Of a DNA stretch of 64,000 nt, positions 55,088 through 64,000 are shown piece after piece (the stretch's first letter is position 1; each line of letters begins with the position of its first letter). Origin of the DNA: Rhodoluna sp. (lineage in GTDB: Bacteria > Actinomycetota > Actinomycetes > Actinomycetales > Microbacteriaceae); assembly GCA_044347325.1 (NCBI GenBank), contig JBIIXN010000002.1, positions 22,518 to 86,517 of the forward strand. The letters are read 5' to 3'. A model generated the notes under the pieces. It was given only the letters and a program-made list of their open reading frames with translations. It was not told the DNA's origin and searched no databases. The position numbers and the translations under genes are program-made.

Positions 55088-57178
55088 CTAATTACTCAAT
55101 GATTTGTGTGCAGCTGCGATAACTGCATCGGTTGTCATGCCGAACTCTCTAAATAGAGTCTTGTAGTCAGCTGATGCTCCAAAGTGTTCGATAGAGACAC
55201 TCTCTCCTGAACGACCGACATACTTACTCCAACCAAGTGCAAGTCCAGCTTCAACAGAAACTCTTGCTGAAACAGATGAAGGAAGTACTGACTCTTTGTA
55301 AGAATCTGATTGCTCATCAAACCATTCAACACAAGGTGCTGAAACAACTCTTGTCTTGATGCCTTGTTCTTCTAGCTTTAGCCTTGCCTCAACCGCTAAC
55401 TGAACTTCTGATCCAGTTGCGATAAGAATTAGTTCCGGCTTTGCATTTGATGCATCGACAAGTGTGTATGCACCCTTCGCGGTGTGTTCAGCAGAAGCAA
55501 TTACTGTTCCTGTTGCATCTGCTTCGCCGCGCTTGAATACTGGAATGTTCTGTCTAGTAAGTGCGATACCTGCTGGGTTTTCGCGACGCTCCAAGATTGT
55601 CTTCCACGCGTACGCAACCTCGTTAGCGTCTCCTGGTCGAACCATGTCTAGTCCTGGAATTGCTCTCAGAGTTGCAAGCTGTTCAACTGGCTGGTGAGTA
55701 GGGCCATCTTCACCAAGAGCGACACTGTCGTGTGTCCAAACAAAGATTGAAGGAACCTTCATCAAGGCAGCTAAGCGAACAGCTGGTCTCATGTAGTCGC
55801 TGAAGATAAGGAAGGTTCCACCGAATACACGAGTGTTTCCGTGCAACACGATTCCGTTGAGGATGGCTCCCATGGCGTGCTCGCGAATTCCAAAGTGAAG
55901 AACTCGACCGTATTCGTTACCTGACCATTCGTGAGTTGACCATTCGGCAGGAACAAAAGACTTAGCTCCTTCGATGGTTGTGTTGTTTGATTCAGCAAGG
56001 TCAGCCGATCCACCCCAAAGTTCAGGCATTACCTTAGCGATTGCGTTGATGACTTTTCCGCTTGCTGAACGAGTAGAAACTTCTGTTCCACCTTCGAACA
56101 CAGGTAGTGCTGATGTAAGTTCTGCAGGAGTTTCACCAGACTGAACTCTGTCAAAGAGTTTCTTCTTGTCTGGGTTAGATGATGCCCACGAGTCAAACTT
56201 TGTTTGCCACGCTGCTCTTGATTCAGATGCGCGGTTAGCGGCATTAGTTCTGGTGTGGTTGATTACTTCATCGTGAACTTCGAAAGTCTTTTCTGGATCA
56301 AACCCAAGAGCAGTTTTCAGTCCTGCTAGTTCTTCTGCACCAAGAGCTGAACCGTGAATCTTTCCTGTGTTCTGCTTCTTAGGTGAAGGCCAACCGATGA
56401 TTGTTCGAAGAGTAATTAGCGAAGGCTTAGTAGTTTCAGCCTTTGCCTTTTCGATAGCTGCGTAAAGTTCTTGAATGTCTTCTTTGTAGTTGCCTGTTTT
56501 TTTCCAGTCAACTGTTTGTGTGTGCCAACCGTATGCTTCGTATCTTGCAGTTAAATCTTCAGTGAAAGCAATGTTGGTGTCATCTTCAATTGAAATCTGG
56601 TTTGAGTCATAGATCACAACTAGATTTCCTAGTTGCTGGTGACCTGCAAGTGATGCAGCTTCGCTAGTGACACCTTCCTGCATGTCTCCATCACCTGCGA
56701 TGACGTAAATGAAATGATCGAATGCACTTTCACCCTTTGGAGTTTCTGGATCAAAAAGACCACGTTCAAATCTTGCCGCGTATGCAAAACCAGTTGCTGA
56801 TGCTAGGCCTTGACCTAGAGGACCAGTAGTAATCTCGACACCCTTGGTGTGACCATACTCTGGGTGACCAGGGGTAGCAGAACCCCAAGTTCTCAATGCC
56901 TTGATGTCATCAAGTTCAAGTCCGTAACCGGCTAAGTAAAGCTGGTTGTAAATAGTTAGTGATGAGTGACCAACACTCAAGATAAACCGGTCTCGACCAG
57001 ACCACTTTTCATCAGCAGGATCATGTGTCATGACCTTGTGAAAAAGAAGATAGGCGACAGGAGCAAGGGATATTGCGGTTCCTGGGTGGCCGTTGCCGAC
57101 TTTTTCTACGGCGTCTGCAGCTAGAACACGAGCTGTGTCCACTGACTTTGAATCGATGTTGTCCCAGATTAGTGACAC
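55088..57178 (-). CDS. tkt: Transketolase
   Basis: [52 protein letters not shown]; AAGGAG SD before GTG. Confidence 0.99.
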   Translation of the reverse strand: MSLIWDNIDSKSVDTARVLAADAVEKVGNGHPGTAISLAPVAYLLFHKVMTHDPADEKWSGRDRFILSVGHSSLTIYNQLYLAGYGLELDDIKALRTWGSATPGHPEYGHTKGVEITTGPLGQGLASATGFAYAARFERGLFDPETPKGESAFDHFIYVIAGDGDMQEGVTSEAASLAGHQQLGNLVVIYDSNQISIEDDTNIAFTEDLTARYEAYGWHTQTVDWKKTGNYKEDIQELYAAIEKAKAETTKPSLITLRTIIGWPSPKKQNTGKIHGSALGAEELAGLKTALGFDPEKTFEVHDEVINHTRTNAANRASESRAAWQTKFDSWASSNPDKKKLFDRVQSGETPAELTSALPVFEGGTEVSTRSASGKVINAIAKVMPELWGGSADLAESNNTTIEGAKSFVPAEWSTHEWSGNEYGRVLHFGIREHAMGAILNGIVLHGNTRVFGGTFLIFSDYMRPAVRLAALMKVPSIFVWTHDSVALGEDGPTHQPVEQLATLRAIPGLDMVRPGDANEVAYAWKTILERRENPAGIALTRQNIPVFKRGEADATGTVIASAEHTAKGAYTLVDASNAKPELILIATGSEVQLAVEARLKLEEQGIKTRVVSAPCVEWFDEQSDSYKESVLPSSVSARVSVEAGLALGWSKYVGRSGESVSIEHFGASADYKTLFREFGMTTDAVIAAAHKSLSN

Positions 57179-57288
57179 AGCACGCTCTCCTTTAAGTTTT
57201 TGAGATTATCAAGATTGGCATCTTCGCCGTATTCGCAATAAAAAGCCTTAGAACTAGGGGTTCCTAACCGTGTTTTTAGTGCCTTTGA

Positions 57289-57294
57289 AGTCTA
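57289..57294 (-). promoter_or_regulatory. Putative -10 (TAGACT) for the tkt operon, giving a ~100-nt leader
   Basis: Minus-strand TANNNT in the divergent tkt/ctaB spacer. Confidence 0.45.
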
Positions 57295-57345
57295 TACCCG
57301 TGTCCCATTTGATTACGGATATGTAACGGAAGAGTCTGATTCGCT

Positions 57346-57351
57346 TAGACT
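57346..57351 (+). promoter_or_regulatory. Putative -10 (TAGACT) for leaderless ctaB
   Basis: 7 nt before ATG 57359. Confidence 0.55.
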
Positions 57352-57358
57352 AGAGGCA

Positions 57359-58294
57359 ATGACTTCCATTAAATCCGACACTCCAGTAGCCCCAAAGGAC
57401 CGTATTTCCTTTGGTCGAAAGGCAGCTGCTTATTTGGCTTTAACTAAGCCAAGAGTCATTGAATTACTGCTTATAACGACCGTTCCAGTCATGATTTTGG
57501 CTCAAAAGGGGATTCCTGATCTTTGGCTAGTGCTAGCCACTTTGGTCGGTGGAGCCCTAAGTGCTGGCTCAGCTAACGCCTTTAACTGCATTATTGACAC
57601 CGATATCGACAAAATCATGGGTAGAACCCAGAAAAGACCTCTAGTTACAGGGGAATTGAACAAATTAGAGGCAAAGATCTTCGCTTTTGCCATCGGAATC
57701 ATCTCTGTTCTATGGCTAGGACTCCTAGTTAACTGGCTAAGTGCGGCTTTGGCCCTTTCAGCCCAACTTTTCTACATTTTCATCTACACACTGCTTCTAA
57801 AGCGCAGAACCTCTCAAAACATCGTCTGGGGAGGCGCAGCAGGGGCAATGCCGGTACTAATTGGCTTCAGCTCAGTAACTGGGACCGTAACCTGGTCAGC
57901 AGCGGTGCTGTTTTTGATGATTTTCCTATGGACTCCGCCTCATTACTGGCCACTGTCTATAAAGTATCTAGACGATTACAAGGCTGCAGGGGTGCCGATG
58001 TTGCCTGTAGTAGCAGATAAGGGCAAGGTTGCCAGCCAGATTGTGATTTATAGCTATGCAATGGTTGCATCGACCTTGCTATTGATTCCAGTTCACCCGA
58101 TGGGCCTGATTTACACTCTGGCAGCCGTTATTGGTGGTGTTTGGTTCATTGTTGAGGCTCACCTGCTTCAGAACAAGACAAGAGCTGGGGAAGTCAAGAA
58201 CCCGATGAAGCTCTTCCACTTCTCCATTACTTATCTCACGGTCCTGTTTATTGCCATTGGCGTGGACCCGTTGATGTTTGTAAAGCTCTTCTAA
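57359..58294 (+). CDS. ctaB: Protoheme IX farnesyltransferase (heme O synthase)
   Basis: [61 protein letters not shown]. Confidence 0.96.
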   Translation: MTSIKSDTPVAPKDRISFGRKAAAYLALTKPRVIELLLITTVPVMILAQKGIPDLWLVLATLVGGALSAGSANAFNCIIDTDIDKIMGRTQKRPLVTGELNKLEAKIFAFAIGIISVLWLGLLVNWLSAALALSAQLFYIFIYTLLLKRRTSQNIVWGGAAGAMPVLIGFSSVTGTVTWSAAVLFLMIFLWTPPHYWPLSIKYLDDYKAAGVPMLPVVADKGKVASQIVIYSYAMVASTLLLIPVHPMGLIYTLAAVIGGVWFIVEAHLLQNKTRAGEVKNPMKLFHFSITYLTVLFIAIGVDPLMFVKLF

Positions 58295-59667
58295 GAGACC
58301 TTTATCTCTTCTAGTCTCGCGAGCGATTCGTTTCGTTCAGTCGTGTGATCAATGATCTGAACTGGATACCCAGCAGAGTAACCATCAAATACTTCCCAAG
58401 GCTCATGAGCTGCTGAACCTTCAAGATGTCTAAGCTCAGGAATATACTTTCGGACGTAATCGCCATTTGGGTCAAACTTTAGACCCTGAAGAATTGGATT
58501 AAAGATTCGGTAGTAAGGAGAGGCATCGGTACCGCAGCCCGCTGTCCACTGCCAGCCATGGGAATTAGATGCTGGATCAAAATCACTTAGATGCTTTTCA
58601 AAGTGTTCAGCACCAATAGTCCATTCAAGATGAAGGTCTTTAACAAGGAACGATGCGACGATCATGCGCACTCGGTTATGCATCCACCCCTCTTGAAGTA
58701 ATTGCCTCATGCCAGCATCAACCATCGGGAAACCAGTTTCACCCTTGCACCAGGCTTCAAACTTTTTATCAGCATCATGACCTGTGTCATAACGAAGCTT
58801 CTTGAACCTCGGTTCGTAGTAATCATCGACTGTGTGTGGATAGTGAAAGAGAACATCTGCATAGAACTCTCGCCAGGCGATTTCTTTTCTGAAAACTTCA
58901 TGGCCAGAAGAATCGCCTAGTTGCGCTAGCAAGGTTCTAGGGTGAATCTCACCGTGCGCCAGGGCATGCGAAAGATGTGATGTTCCGCTTAGATCCGCTC
59001 TATTGCGCATCTGGTCGTATTCATCGAGTGCTCGTTTTTGAAACCTTTGAAAAGTTCGCAAAGCAAAAGCTTCACCAGCTTTGACCTTGATGGGTGAGTC
59101 TTTGGTTGGGCTTGGAACAACCTTGTTCTTATCGACTTCTAGCCAGGTTGGGTTTTTAGGCAGCTGCTTAGGTAAGAGATCTGCAAGGTGAACCCAAGCC
59201 TTGTAGAACGGAGTATAAACACGGTAGTTGGCTCCATCTGGCTTTCTCACTGTGCCAGGGCGAACCGCATAGTTTGATCCGACTAAATGCAGAGGCATCC
59301 CTTTAGATTCAAGGAACTTAGCAACAAAAGCTTGTTCAGCCATGCCCTTTGGATCAAAGGATTCAGTGGCAAAAACCTGCTTGGTTCCGATGGCAATACA
59401 GGCTTCGACAAGTTCGTTGGCAAACTGCTCAGTTGAATCAACGTCGATGATGTGTAGCTTGCCATCGATGTCATTGCTAAGGGAACGCAGGGACTCGCTA
59501 AGGCTGTGTTGTCTGATTCCTTCAAGCTGAAGGTATTCAACCTTATTGAACATGTAGAGCGCTAGAACTCCATTGGTATCGGTAGCTTCGCTAGCAGTAA
59601 AGGCAGCAGTAAGTGCCTCATTGTCTTTGAGCCTTAGATCTCTTCGAAACCAGAAGACAGCGCTCAT
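58291..59667 (-). CDS. phr: Deoxyribodipyrimidine (CPD) photolyase, class I-like
   Basis: [77 protein letters not shown]. Confidence 0.93.
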   Translation of the reverse strand: MSAVFWFRRDLRLKDNEALTAAFTASEATDTNGVLALYMFNKVEYLQLEGIRQHSLSESLRSLSNDIDGKLHIIDVDSTEQFANELVEACIAIGTKQVFATESFDPKGMAEQAFVAKFLESKGMPLHLVGSNYAVRPGTVRKPDGANYRVYTPFYKAWVHLADLLPKQLPKNPTWLEVDKNKVVPSPTKDSPIKVKAGEAFALRTFQRFQKRALDEYDQMRNRADLSGTSHLSHALAHGEIHPRTLLAQLGDSSGHEVFRKEIAWREFYADVLFHYPHTVDDYYEPRFKKLRYDTGHDADKKFEAWCKGETGFPMVDAGMRQLLQEGWMHNRVRMIVASFLVKDLHLEWTIGAEHFEKHLSDFDPASNSHGWQWTAGCGTDASPYYRIFNPILQGLKFDPNGDYVRKYIPELRHLEGSAAHEPWEVFDGYSAGYPVQIIDHTTERNESLARLEEIKVS

Positions 59668-60545
59668 CTAACACCTGTCCAAGCTTTGTTTAGAAGTGCT
59701 TGGTATGTAGTCATGCTGGCAAGAACTGATGCTCCCGCCATGTGTAAAGCAACAAGTGCGATCGGAAGACCAGCCCAGGTTTGAACTAGACCCAATAATG
59801 CTTGGGAAGCTATCAATGCAACGTATGCGATTGAATACTTTGCTGAATTAGATCCGGTGAGACGATATCTCAATAACACGTGAATTAGAGCAAGAGTCAA
59901 CAATAGGTATGCAGGATAAGAGTGGTAGTGCGACCATAACTCGGAGTCCAAACCATTTCTCGGAGTGTCCGAGTCGCCTGCGTGAGGACCCGAACCGGTA
60001 AGAATCACTCCAATAATGATCACGGCTATCGCAGTTGGCACGACTAAGAAGGAAATGCGGGAGAGAGCCTTATTGGCTTCAAGTCTTCTTCTGCCTCTTG
60101 AATACCAAAGTAGGAAAGTTGCGATGGCGATTAGCACCATAGAAACCAAGAAGTGAGCCCCAACAATCCAAGAGTTCAGTCCGGTAAGAACAGTTACTCC
60201 GCCCAGCAGAGCTTGGACGATTATTCCCAGTCCTAGACAGAGTGAAGTCCAGAACAGACCCTTGCGGTGACCCTTCTTGAGCCTCATCACGGTGATGAAT
60301 GTTCCCAGAGCTATGAAAAGAAGAAGGAAGGTAAGTAATCGGTTACCAAACTCAATCACTCCATGAATCCCTTGCTCAGGGACGTTCACAATAGATCCAG
60401 GCTCACACTCAGGCCAAGTTGGGCAGCCAAGGCCTGAACCGGTTAGGCGAACAGCTCCACCGGTCACAACAATAAGAATTTGGCTAATCAGTGATAGCCA
60501 CGCATACATACGAATTCTTTGACTGCCAAACAATCTGTCGATCAA
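59664..60545 (-). CDS. ctaA: Heme A synthase (COX15/CtaA family)
   Basis: GGAVRLTGSGLGCPTWPEC, IEFGNR, VGAHF, GSGPHAGD, VALHMAG; multiple TM helices; TTG start 6 nt after AAGAAAGAG SD. Confidence 0.93.
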   Translation of the reverse strand: MIDRLFGSQRIRMYAWLSLISQILIVVTGGAVRLTGSGLGCPTWPECEPGSIVNVPEQGIHGVIEFGNRLLTFLLLFIALGTFITVMRLKKGHRKGLFWTSLCLGLGIIVQALLGGVTVLTGLNSWIVGAHFLVSMVLIAIATFLLWYSRGRRRLEANKALSRISFLVVPTAIAVIIIGVILTGSGPHAGDSDTPRNGLDSELWSHYHSYPAYLLLTLALIHVLLRYRLTGSNSAKYSIAYVALIASQALLGLVQTWAGLPIALVALHMAGASVLASMTTYQALLNKAWTGVR

Positions 60546-60597
60546 GACATGCTCTTTCTTACTAGTGCGTGGGGTTACGCTGTAGGTAACGTTTAGA

Positions 60598-60714
60598 TAA
60601 ACTTAGACTAGTCCCGAAAGCATAGAAGAGCCTGAGAAGTGCGAACCTTTTGCAAAAGCATCTTCTTCGAGTGCTGCACAATAGTTTTTCCATCACCTTC
60701 AGAAAGAGGTCGCA
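60598..60714 (+). promoter_or_regulatory. sufB promoter (-10 TAAACT) and structured ~105-nt 5' leader
   Basis: TAAACT 60598-60603; nested complementary segments 60619-60675; ACCTT/GAGGT hairpin over the SD. Confidence 0.5.
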
Positions 60715-62133
60715 ATGCCAGATTCCGCCATCGAACGTCCAGAGCTAGACAGCCTTGGAGTTTACGAGTTTGGTTGGTCTGACACTGACGCTGCTGGCCA
60801 AAGTGCCAGAAGAGGAATTAACACAGAGGTAGTCTCTGATATTTCTAACCTGAAGTCTGAGCCACAGTGGATGTTGGATATGAGACTAAAAGGTTTCTCA
60901 TACTTCCAGAAGAAGCCAATGCCAACTTGGGGTTCAGATCTAAGTGGCATCGACTTCGACAACATTAAGTACTTCGTGCGCTCTACAGAGAAGCAAGCAG
61001 GATCTTGGGAAGAACTTCCAGAGGAAATCAAGAACACTTACGAAAAACTAGGTATTCCTGAGGCGGAACGCCAGAGACTAGTTTCAGGTGTTGCTGCTCA
61101 GTATGAATCTGAAGTTGTGTATCACCAGATCAATGAGGAACTAGAACGTCAAGGCGTTATCTTCATGGACACTGACACAGCTTTGAAGGAACACCCAGAA
61201 ATCTTCCAAGAGTATTTTGGAACTGTAATCCCAGCTGGGGATAACAAGTTTGCTGCTCTAAACACCGCTGTGTGGTCGGGTGGGTCTTTCGTTTACGTTC
61301 CAAAGGGCGTGCACGTTGAGATTCCACTACAGGCTTACTTCCGGATCAACACTGAGAACATGGGTCAGTTCGAAAGAACACTGATCATTGCTGATGAAGG
61401 TTCTTACGTTCACTACATCGAAGGATGTACAGCTCCTGTCTACAAGAGCGACTCATTGCACTCAGCTGTTGTTGAAATCATTGTGAAGAAGAACGCTCGC
61501 GTTCGATACACAACAATCCAGAACTGGTCTAACAACGTATACAACCTAGTTACTAAGAGAGCAGTAGCTCACGAAGGTGCAACCATGGAATGGATCGATG
61601 GCAACATCGGTTCAAAGGTAACCATGAAGTATCCAGCAGTAATCCTTGCTGGTGAGCACGCAAGAGGAGAAACTCTTTCAGTTGCTTTCGCTGGAGAAGG
61701 TCAGCACCAGGATGCTGGAGCAAAGATGATTCACCTTGCTCCATACACCTCATCTTCGATTGTTTCTAAGTCAATTGCTCGTGCCGGTGGCCGAACTTCT
61801 TACCGTGGTGAAATCAGAGTAAACCCAGGAGCTCACCACTCAGCAAACACTGTTCGTTGTGATGCTCTTCTGATTGACACCATTTCAAGAAGCGACACAT
61901 ACCCTGCCGTGGATGTTCGTGAAGATGATGTCTCAATGGGTCATGAAGCAACCGTTTCAAGAGTTAGCGATGAGCAGCTGTTCTACCTTCAGTCAAGAGG
62001 ACTTGCTGAAGATGAAGCTATGGCGATGATTGTCCGTGGATTCATTGAGCCGATTGCTAAAGAATTACCGATGGAATACGCGCTAGAACTAAACAAACTA
62101 ATTGAAATGCAAATGGAAGGCGCTGTCGGTTAA
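60715..62133 (+). CDS. sufB: Fe-S cluster assembly protein SufB
   Basis: [62 protein letters not shown]. Confidence 0.98.
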   Translation: MPDSAIERPELDSLGVYEFGWSDTDAAGQSARRGINTEVVSDISNLKSEPQWMLDMRLKGFSYFQKKPMPTWGSDLSGIDFDNIKYFVRSTEKQAGSWEELPEEIKNTYEKLGIPEAERQRLVSGVAAQYESEVVYHQINEELERQGVIFMDTDTALKEHPEIFQEYFGTVIPAGDNKFAALNTAVWSGGSFVYVPKGVHVEIPLQAYFRINTENMGQFERTLIIADEGSYVHYIEGCTAPVYKSDSLHSAVVEIIVKKNARVRYTTIQNWSNNVYNLVTKRAVAHEGATMEWIDGNIGSKVTMKYPAVILAGEHARGETLSVAFAGEGQHQDAGAKMIHLAPYTSSSIVSKSIARAGGRTSYRGEIRVNPGAHHSANTVRCDALLIDTISRSDTYPAVDVREDDVSMGHEATVSRVSDEQLFYLQSRGLAEDEAMAMIVRGFIEPIAKELPMEYALELNKLIEMQMEGAVG

Positions 62134-63302
62134 TGTCAGATTCACAAAAAACCGCACAGCACGGACTTGCTGAACACACGCACGGTTCTTTTGTTCCACT
62201 GCAAATCAGAAGCGACAGACCAAAATCGAAGTCAGTTTCAGACTTTGAAGCTGTTTCTCCACTTCAAGACCTATGGCGTTATCTGCAACCAGAACAGCTA
62301 AAGGGTCTCGATGCAGATGTTCTAGGGGAGTATGAGTCAGAAGTTAACTTCACATCTTCTTCAGCTGTAAGCATCTCTTGGATTGAAAGCACAGACCCAA
62401 GAGTTGGTTCTATTGGAGTTCCAGAAGACAAGGTTGCTGCAGCTGCATACACAAACGCAAGCAAGACCTTGCTTGTTGAGATTGCAGACAATGCTGAAGT
62501 GTCTGAACCGGTTGTGATCAACATCAAGGGTAAAGGTTCAACTCCATCAGCTCTTCACGTTCTAGTTGTTGCTAAGAAGTTCAGTAAAGCAACACTGGTC
62601 TTTGAACACTCAGGTTTGGGAGTTCTTGCCGAGATTATTGAAGTGGATGTTCACGACGAAGCAAAGCTAAATCTAGTTTCAGTACAGAACTGGGATAAAG
62701 GCTCTGCTCATGTCTCTGCTCATTTCTCAAAGCTTGCTAGGAACTCGTACCTGAAACACTCCGTTGCGTCTTTGGGTGGCGACCTGATTCGTATTACTCC
62801 AGTGACAACATTCACTGGTCCTGGTTCTGAAGTTGAAATGAACGGTGTTTACTTTGCTGATGCAGGTCAGCACATCGAAAACAGACCATTCGTAGATCAC
62901 GCAGCACCTAACTGTAAGTCAAGAGTGACCTACAAGGGTGCACTGCAGGGCAACAAGGCGCACACAGTTTGGATTGGCGATGTTCTTATCCGAGTAGTGG
63001 CTGAAGGCACTGACACTTACGAACTAAACAGAAACCTTCTGCTAACCGACGGTGCTCGTGCTGACTCAGTTCCTAACCTTGAAATTGAAACGGGTGAAAT
63101 CGAAGGAGCAGGTCACGCATCTGCATCAGGCCGCTTTGATGATGAACAGCTTTTCTACTTACAGGCAAGGGGCATCTCAGCCGATGAGGCAAGACGTCTA
63201 GTTGTTCTAGGGTTCTTGGTCGACATCCTGCAGAGAACTCAGGTAGATGAGCTTGTTGACCGTCTTACAAAAGTCTTAGAAGAAAAACTAGGGAGCAAAT
63301 AA
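62133..63302 (+). CDS. sufD: Fe-S cluster assembly protein SufD
   Basis: YKGALQG, VWIGDVLIR, NRNLLL, ADSVPNLEIE, GHASA.G.FD.EQLFYL..RGI; TAATG overlap. Confidence 0.97.
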   Translation: MSDSQKTAQHGLAEHTHGSFVPLQIRSDRPKSKSVSDFEAVSPLQDLWRYLQPEQLKGLDADVLGEYESEVNFTSSSAVSISWIESTDPRVGSIGVPEDKVAAAAYTNASKTLLVEIADNAEVSEPVVINIKGKGSTPSALHVLVVAKKFSKATLVFEHSGLGVLAEIIEVDVHDEAKLNLVSVQNWDKGSAHVSAHFSKLARNSYLKHSVASLGGDLIRITPVTTFTGPGSEVEMNGVYFADAGQHIENRPFVDHAAPNCKSRVTYKGALQGNKAHTVWIGDVLIRVVAEGTDTYELNRNLLLTDGARADSVPNLEIETGEIEGAGHASASGRFDDEQLFYLQARGISADEARRLVVLGFLVDILQRTQVDELVDRLTKVLEEKLGSK

Positions 63303-63616
63303 TGGCAATTAGAATCTGTGGCGTTGATGATATCAAGCCAGGTCGTGCACTTCGCGTGAAGATCGGTGATCACCCAATCGCAATTATCAAAACCCCCAGT
63401 GGTGAATTCCACGCTTTGGATGACAAGTGTTCACATGGAGAGATCTCTCTTAGCGAAGGTTTTGTTGACAACGAGACAATCGAGTGCTGGGCACACGGTG
63501 CGAAGTTCTCTCTTGAAACAGGAGCTCCACTTACTCTTCCAGCGTTCGAACCAGTTTCAGTTTATGAAGTGCTAGTCGAAAACGGCGAAGTTTTTATCGA
63601 ATACGAACAGGCTTAG
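63302..63616 (+). CDS. Rieske-type [2Fe-2S] ferredoxin of the suf operon
   Basis: CSH...CWAH Rieske ligand pairs; TAATG overlap with sufD. Confidence 0.93.
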   Translation: MAIRICGVDDIKPGRALRVKIGDHPIAIIKTPSGEFHALDDKCSHGEISLSEGFVDNETIECWAHGAKFSLETGAPLTLPAFEPVSVYEVLVENGEVFIEYEQA

Positions 63617-63631
63617 GTCAAAAGGAAAATC

Positions 63632-64000
63632 ATGGCAACTTTAGAAGTAAAGAACTTACACGTAACTGTTGAAACAGATCAGGGCACCAAGGAAATCCTT
63701 AAGGGTGTTGACCTAACCATCAAGAGCGGAGAAATCCACGCAGTAATGGGACCTAACGGTTCTGGTAAATCTACATTGGCTTACTCAATCGCAGGTCACC
63801 CTAAGTACACAGTTACTAAAGGTGAAATTCTCCTAGATGGAGAAGACGTTCTAGAGATGAGCGTTGACGAAAGAGCAAAAGCTGGATTATTCCTAGCGAT
63901 GCAGTACCCGGTTGAGATCCCTGGCGTATCTGTTTCAAACTTCCTTAGAACAGCAAAAACCGCTATAACTGGCGAAGCTCCGGCTCTTAGGACTTGGATC
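63632..64000 (+). CDS. sufC: Fe-S cluster assembly ATPase SufC (3'-truncated by window edge; absent from the ORF track)
   Basis: Own translation: [11 protein letters not shown]...[16 protein letters not shown]...[14 protein letters not shown]; AAGGA SD. Confidence 0.96.
   Translation, partial: MATLEVKNLHVTVETDQGTKEILKGVDLTIKSGEIHAVMGPNGSGKSTLAYSIAGHPKYTVTKGEILLDGEDVLEMSVDERAKAGLFLAMQYPVEIPGVSVSNFLRTAKTAITGEAPALRTWI

Noticed and set aside
60695-60710. CAGAAA hexaloop as an iron-responsive element (IRE)
   Set aside because: The IRE loop is CAGUGN with a bulged C; only the first three bases match
60715-62133. Intein in SufB (as in some mycobacteria)
   Set aside because: 472-aa continuous SufB with no insertion or splicing motifs

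Overview
This is a 64-kb, very gene-dense block of core chromosome from an actinobacterium. Gene order and protein sequences fit Microbacteriaceae. The unusually low GC for the phylum (judged by eye, not computed), the tiny spacers and the photolyase suggest a streamlined aquatic Luna-cluster (Aquiluna/Rhodoluna-like) lineage; this assignment is inference. Gene order: pyrC(partial)-carAB-pyrF-gmk-rpoZ-coaBC-metK-priA-fmt-rsmB-rpe-hisEGFI-trpE-small membrane protein-trpCBA-lgt-gltBD-pyk, tRNA-Leu(CAA), ANTAR response regulator, hotdog thioesterase, polA-HPr-rpsA-coaE-uvrBAC-rapZ-whiA-sod-gap-pgk-tpiA-secG-rbpA, a convergent tkt-tal-pgi-zwf-opcA-pgl operon, ctaB facing ctaA-photolyase, and sufB-sufD-Rieske ferredoxin-sufC(partial). 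I found no mobile element, prophage, CRISPR array or defence system, and no clearly novel multi-gene system. The most interesting signals are regulatory. (1) A structured ~105-nt sufB leader has an SD-sequestering hairpin and a Cys-rich overlapping uORF, with no sufR upstream. (2) A CPD photolyase is translationally coupled to heme A synthase. (3) An orphan HPr is coupled to polA, and its 3' end doubles as the rpsA promoter. (4) A WhiA-type GACAC box lies at the rapZ-whiA promoter. (5) Leaderless TANNNT promoters are pervasive, some built from the upstream stop codon or bidirectional. (6) RbpA has Zn ligands and a Lys/Ala-rich tail.
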